Below the pieces are notes generated by a model that did not search any database, had not been told where the DNA came from, and saw only the letters and a program-made list of their open reading frames with translations. The translations under genes and the position numbers were made by a program. A stretch of DNA of 11,066 nucleotides, from IMG/VR virus record IMGVR_UViG_2693429582_000021, positions 1 to 11,066 of that record. One strand, written 5' to 3'. Within the stretch, counting starts at the first letter, position 1. Each line of letters begins with the position of its first letter. Below, piece after piece: positions 7,038-11,066 of the stretch. Origin of the DNA: a virus. Its lineage: Duplodnaviria; Heunggongvirae; Uroviricota; Caudoviricetes.

Positions 7038-8729
7038 TTATTTTCCCCTGTGAATTTCTATATGCCGCTTTGGTGTTGTGATACCCATATTATCAACGTT
7101 ATAAACTTCGCCCCCCTCACTTATAGGTTTAATATGGTGTATTTCGTAACGTTCCCTCCCACCAACTCGCTCCACTTCCCTTGTGAATGGTGAACGTCCT
7201 TTGCGAATGTTCGTGAGGTTGTGTGCTCTGAACTGTCTTGACAAATCAGCATCGTTTGCCACTTCTGCCCAAAATGCCTCCCTGAATCGATCAAAATTCG
7301 CAAATGTTCGCCCACGCATCCGCTCCGCAATCTGGCTGGGTACTGGTGCACCATTTCCCTTATCGGCATCCACCAGCCACGCCCCGCTAATTTTTTGTCC
7401 TTTCCCTGTTACCTGCCCGGCGTTATTCCTGATGTAAATATAAATCGGCGGTATATCCGGGAATGGCAGGATCAGAATGTAATCCGCAAAATCCTTTTCT
7501 TCCGGGGCCGGGCTGGTTGTGGCGTGTAATCCCGTGTCATCCGGTAACGGGTCCACCATCACCGGATTCGGCAGCACTGGCGGGTACTGATTTCCCGTGT
7601 GGTACGGTACATCAATCCCCGGATTATCCGGCGTCCAGATGAGTGTGATACGCGGGTCTTCCTCCGTGGTGAATGTGTACGCCTTTCGTCTGTCGTCCCA
7701 CTCCATCCGGCGCACGCGCACCCTGTCCTGTCCCGGTGGCGTATGCCAGCCATGCGGAACGGGGTTCCCCCGGCTGTTCGTCTCCCAGGTAAAGCGAACA
7801 CGGGTAGGCACTTCCCTAGCCTGTTCGGCCCTCATACGGTCGATAAAATCCTGTTCCCCGTCATTCAGCCGACCGGGCATCATCCCTATCAGAAACGCCG
7901 CCAGTGGCAGCCCCGCAACCCCGGTCGCAGTTTCACCCACGACGGCCCACGTTCCCCGGATGGCAAAATTCCCCGCCACCGGACGCAGAACGCTCGCCCC
8001 GGCAATTGCCGCTCTGGCCCGTTGTGCGCGCTCCGCTTCTTCAACCGCACGCTGATAATCCATTTCCTCGTGATGGCCGTTCCACCATTTCCACAGTGCA
8101 CTGCGTTTCTTCGGCTTCGGGATATCCTCCGGCGCAACCAGTTTTTTCTTTTTGACCGCCTGTGCACGCTGCGGGGTTTCCGTGTCCGTCACCGGGTCAG
8201 TCTGCGGAACGGCCTGATAAATCCCCATCGGTGCAAAGTTGGTATGCGGCTCCCGCTGGTCGCCCGCGTCGTTGCATCCCTCACCGCGCAGACAGGATTT
8301 TGCAAACACCCGGTTACGTTCCCGTTCTTCCTCCCGGCGTTTTTCTTCAGCTTCCCGTTCTGCCTTGCGTTGTGCTATCAGTTCCGCCTGTTTTTTCTGT
8401 GCAATTTCTGCCGGCGACGGCCCCGCCCCCATCCACTGACCGAGCGGGGCAATAATCCGGTTTGAACCTTCAGGGCAGCCACAGTGAACAACACAGCCAT
8501 CAACGGCAATAGGAATATCTATCACCTTAAAACGGGCTTCTCCTTCTGCCACCATGCCGAGCTTTCCGCACGCCGGGCAGGGGGTGGTTTTGTCCCCCTT
8601 ACGAATAAGACCGTAACCACAGACGTTGTAGTTAGGGACAGGAAGGGAAGTAATCAGCCATGCGCCGGTGGTGGTTTTGTCACAGGAAAGCGCCATTCCC
8701 CTGCCGTGTATATCCGGCCTGTATGTCAT
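7038..8729 (-). CDS. polymorphic nuclease toxin: Cys-rich N-terminal domain, charged coiled-coil linker, pyocin-S-like region, C-terminal colicin E9-type HNH DNase
   Basis: The 563-aa C-terminus ([49 protein letters not shown]…[42 protein letters not shown]) matches the colicin E9/E7 DNase domain including the HNH motif. N-terminal 100 aa carry six Cys in CxxC and CxCGC clusters (possible Zn-binding, PAAR-like GD.T..C..CG pattern). Residues about 115-145 form a Lys/Glu/Arg-rich linker. No signal peptide. Resembles chromosomal bacteriocin-like genotoxins such as Usp, unverified. Confidence 0.9.
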   Translation of the reverse strand: MTYRPDIHGRGMALSCDKTTTGAWLITSLPVPNYNVCGYGLIRKGDKTTPCPACGKLGMVAEGEARFKVIDIPIAVDGCVVHCGCPEGSNRIIAPLGQWMGAGPSPAEIAQKKQAELIAQRKAEREAEEKRREEERERNRVFAKSCLRGEGCNDAGDQREPHTNFAPMGIYQAVPQTDPVTDTETPQRAQAVKKKKLVAPEDIPKPKKRSALWKWWNGHHEEMDYQRAVEEAERAQRARAAIAGASVLRPVAGNFAIRGTWAVVGETATGVAGLPLAAFLIGMMPGRLNDGEQDFIDRMRAEQAREVPTRVRFTWETNSRGNPVPHGWHTPPGQDRVRVRRMEWDDRRKAYTFTTEEDPRITLIWTPDNPGIDVPYHTGNQYPPVLPNPVMVDPLPDDTGLHATTSPAPEEKDFADYILILPFPDIPPIYIYIRNNAGQVTGKGQKISGAWLVDADKGNGAPVPSQIAERMRGRTFANFDRFREAFWAEVANDADLSRQFRAHNLTNIRKGRSPFTREVERVGGRERYEIHHIKPISEGGEVYNVDNMGITTPKRHIEIHRGK

Positions 8730-9217
8730 GGCTTACACTCCGGCACTACCAGAAAATCCGCTGGCATACTTTCGCCTTCACGACAACAAAGTAATGCTGT
8801 TCGCTGCGGCGTACTGATAATTTCATCCCCGTTATCCAGTTGGCTGCCAACCAGCGCATACCCTTTCCCGTGACAGCTAAACGCACTGCCGGAACCACTG
8901 ACAATACGGGCCGTTGTGCCGTCCTGATAAGTCACCTCATCCCCGACCATCGCCATTTCAGCCATCTCTCCGGTGCTGTCAGCGACTTCGCAGCCGGAAC
9001 TGGCGGAAGACACCACCCCGCCATTACGGGTAAGGCTACCGGTAATGGCATGTCGCCAGATAGCCACTATCGGATGTTGACGGCAAAATTCCTCCTGCTC
9101 CCTGATTATCGCCAGCGCATCATCGGACATATCAGCAAGCGCTTCTTCTGTAAAAGGGGATTTATCCAGTTCTGCCAGTACATCGGCGGTCAGTTCGTTG
9201 GTATATTGCTTCATCAT
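8726..9217 (-). CDS. hypothetical 163-aa protein upstream of the toxin, possibly PAAR-like or adaptor
   Basis: Start MM at 9217 with AGGAAA SD-like upstream; stop overlaps the toxin start (ATGA coupling at 8726-8729). Acidic N-terminal 50 aa, then a Gly/Ser-rich region with repeated VGD and GS motifs (MAMVGDEVTYQDG, IVSGSGSAFSCHGKGYALVGS) reminiscent of PAAR repeats, and a Cys-containing C-terminus. Confidence 0.6.
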   Translation of the reverse strand: MMKQYTNELTADVLAELDKSPFTEEALADMSDDALAIIREQEEFCRQHPIVAIWRHAITGSLTRNGGVVSSASSGCEVADSTGEMAEMAMVGDEVTYQDGTTARIVSGSGSAFSCHGKGYALVGSQLDNGDEIISTPQRTALLCCREGESMPADFLVVPECKP

Positions 9218-10050
9218 GTTTCTGTTTTTCCTGTGGTTAACAATCGACCAGAATCATAATGAAAGGGAATGCAAAAAAATTGATGGATATCAAAATGAAA
9301 AATAAAATCATCCCGGTAAAACAGGATATCTACCCCACCAGCATCCCTGGATTTTCAGATAGTTGCTTTTAGCCTCTGAACAACATCTGCTGGTGGCTGA
9401 TAATTACAATAATTCCTGCCCCCTGGCGTTTCTGAGCATGTTTACCGCGAATTTTGCGCAAAACACCTTAACAATTCTTAAATTTTAAAAACACTTCAGT
9501 GATAAGCATCACCGCTCCCGCTCACATTTGACACAGGCAACTCCATCTGGCAGGTGAAAATCAAATTTATTTATATATTTCAATTGATTGTAAACTGGTC
9601 TAATGACAGGGGAGAAAAAAGACTGTACAGGTGAAAACAGAAATAATTTTTAATTATCAATGAATTATCACACATGCTGCCGCCGCCATGAAAATGCAAA
9701 AACTAGCCGTTTTCTGCGCATCCGTCGCCCCGCGGTAAGGGGCACCCCACCGGGAGGACCCACGACGATCAGGGCGTTTTATCAACGTCGTGTGTTATGC
9801 CGGATTAACTGCGTACGTAATACGTGCACATCCCGAACAGGAGCAGCCAGAATCAGCGCCGCTGACGTTGTTTTGTGGTTATCCCCCTGTCATGAATCAT
9901 CGCAATGGTTTTATGTGTTCTGCGTTGCGCTGGTGGGTTATTCCACCATTGGTGGGAAACATGGCACCACATCCACCAGCTTAAACGCGCTTCACCTTCC
10001 CGGCATCAGTCGCCACAATTACGGCATTGCTTTCCATCACCACGGAGGCC

Positions 10051-10341
10051 ATGACCATGACCGAAGCCGAAATGCTCAAAATGATTCGCCGTGCTGCCGG
10101 AATCAGCCAGGCAGCAGGCAAACAGGAGGCCACGCAACCGGACAGCGTGATAGCCGAAAATTACGCGCGTGTGGTGGCTGATGTGATGCGCCGTGACGGT
10201 ATCGAGCTTAACGGCGTGGATATGCGCGATATACGAACCAGAGTTCTCGAGTTGCTGGCATGTCGTCGCCGTTCTCAGCAACGGAGGGAGAGCGCGAAAA
10301 ATACTTACCAGTGGAAGAAGCCGGAGCGGTTACGGCGGTAG
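10051..10341 (+). CDS. hypothetical protein (about 95 aa; the ORF is open from a TTG at 10027)
   Basis: GGAGG at 10044-10048 with ATG at 10051 and 10057; basic C-terminus; no family recognised. Confidence 0.45.
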   Translation: MTMTEAEMLKMIRRAAGISQAAGKQEATQPDSVIAENYARVVADVMRRDGIELNGVDMRDIRTRVLELLACRRRSQQRRESAKNTYQWKKPERLRR

Positions 10342-10577
10342 TGTCAGCATGATTTGCGAGGTAGTAATACTGACTCGCAACAGAGTGACCGATAGCCACC
10401 CTGTTCAACCGTTCCGGCTGGCTGGGCAGATTTTGCGCGGGTCTTATAGTCCCTCACAACAGAGTAAATAAAATTGACTTGGTTACAGAGTAACCAAACC
10501 GGAGATTCCCGGTTTGCTCAAAAAATGACAATGAGTTACGCCCCCTAACCTAAGTAATCCTTACATTCACTGCATCA

Positions 10578-10592
10578 TCACCATGATGGTGA
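10578..10592. promoter_or_regulatory. 7-1-7 palindrome TCACCAT-G-ATGGTGA (candidate operator)
   Basis: Perfect 7-bp inverted arms in an intergenic region. Confidence 0.3.
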
Positions 10593-10706
10593 CGCAGCCC
10601 ACCAGCAACCATAACGATTTCCGTTACAGTTGATGTGCTTTTTTGCTGGTAAGGCGTAACCCGTTGATTGTTCCAGAATCCCCCATTGGGGGAAGCTGAA
10701 AAACTC

Positions 10707-10731
10707 ACCCACCAGATTCTGAATGGTGAAA
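10707..10731. promoter_or_regulatory. 9-7-9 palindrome CTGAATGGT-gaaaatg-ACCATTCAG (hairpin or operator)
   Basis: Perfect 9-bp inverted repeat; shares the ATGGTGA core with the palindrome at 10578; a second hairpin CCCGAAA…TTTCGGG follows at about 10747-10773. Confidence 0.3.
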
Positions 10732-10976
10732 ATGACCATTCAGCTTCATGTGTCCATTTTCCCGAAACAGGAAAACCCGTTTTCGGGAGAAGGTGCGATC
10801 ATGTTCGTCATACCTGTTCCGTTGAAACGGTAATACCCCATTCCGGCGTAGCTGGTGGGTATGATGCCGATGCCGGGATCTCGGTATCGGTTTATCCGTG
10901 ATCATCCACCAGCTTGATAACGGATAACAGGGAGTCATAACGGTTAAAATTGTATACTTTTGCAGCAAACATTTTT

Positions 10977-11021
10977 AGCTACACGTTAAGCTACACGATT
11001 TTTGAGTTGAAATTTTCAACT
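10977..11021. promoter_or_regulatory. direct repeat AGCTACACG x2 followed by palindrome AGTTGAAA/TTTCAACT (candidate regulatory site for a gene beyond the window)
   Basis: AGCTACACGTTAAGCTACACG, then GAGTTGAAATTTTCAACTTCAAC; AT-rich context at the window edge. Confidence 0.3.
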
Positions 11022-11066
11022 TCAACTAAATCAATTAGTTATTGGCATGTTTTGAATACTCTCGTG

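Noticed and set aside
7121-8873. ORFs 7121..7369 (-), 7183..7437 (+), 7559..7801 (-), 7597..8055 (+), 7599..8465 (+), 7889..8167 (-), 7904..8155 (+), 8162..8455 (+), 8239..8439 (+), 8484..8873 (+)
   Set aside because: All overlap the 563-aa toxin gene in other frames or strands; the toxin frame has unmistakable colicin DNase homology, and these alternatives have Arg/Pro/Ser-rich shadow composition.
8840-9259. ORF 8840..9259 (+), 139 aa
   Set aside because: Antisense to the 163-aa gene that is translationally coupled to the toxin; no start context.
9660-10471. ORFs 9660..10181 (+), 9790..9984 (+), 10006..10281 (-), 10193..10471 (+), 10208..10408 (-)
   Set aside because: No ribosome-binding sites, Arg/Cys/His-rich low-complexity translations, and overlap with the better-supported 10051..10341 ORF (GGAGG SD). 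Treated as spurious.
9971-10916. Direct 12-mer repeat ATCCACCAGCTT at about 9971 and about 10905 as candidate att sites
   Set aside because: Exact 12-mer pairs are expected a few times by chance in an 11 kb window on two strands, and neither copy adjoins an integrase or tRNA; not enough to call an attachment site.
10668-10968. ORFs 10668..10901 (+) and 10705..10968 (-)
   Set aside because: Overlap each other across a region full of perfect palindromes; no SD, His/Arg-rich composition; more likely non-coding structured DNA.
1-11066. CRISPR arrays, insertion sequences, rRNA genes
   Set aside because: No regularly spaced 25-40 bp repeats with unique spacers, no transposase-like ORF or terminal inverted repeats, and no rRNA-like conserved stretches were seen.

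Overview
The window looks like the interior of an enterobacterial phage-satellite-like (PICI-like) or lambdoid-derived mobile element; no integrase, tRNA, CRISPR array or IS element is visible. Left to right: a plus-strand replication operon (three small ORFs translationally coupled to a 710-aa P-loop primase/helicase-like protein), an iteron array with an AT-rich tract (putative origin), then an SSB-like protein, a FinO/ProQ-domain RNA chaperone and a possible PerC-like regulator ending at a terminator. Next is a ~1 kb non-coding region, followed by a lambda-like cosQ-cosN-cosB site placed at lambda-like distance upstream of a standalone Nu1-like small terminase gene, with no large terminase, portal or capsid genes in the window. 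Two further cos-like sequences are present, one upstream in the same orientation and one downstream inverted. The minus strand carries a three-gene cargo operon: a 163-aa Gly/Ser-rich protein, a 563-aa polymorphic toxin with a colicin E9-type HNH DNase C-terminus, and an Im7/Im9-type immunity protein, closed by a terminator. The most interesting candidates are the triple cos arrangement around the orphan terS and the satellite-borne nuclease toxin/immunity module. All homology calls come from reading the translations and from recalled family sequences, not from searches.
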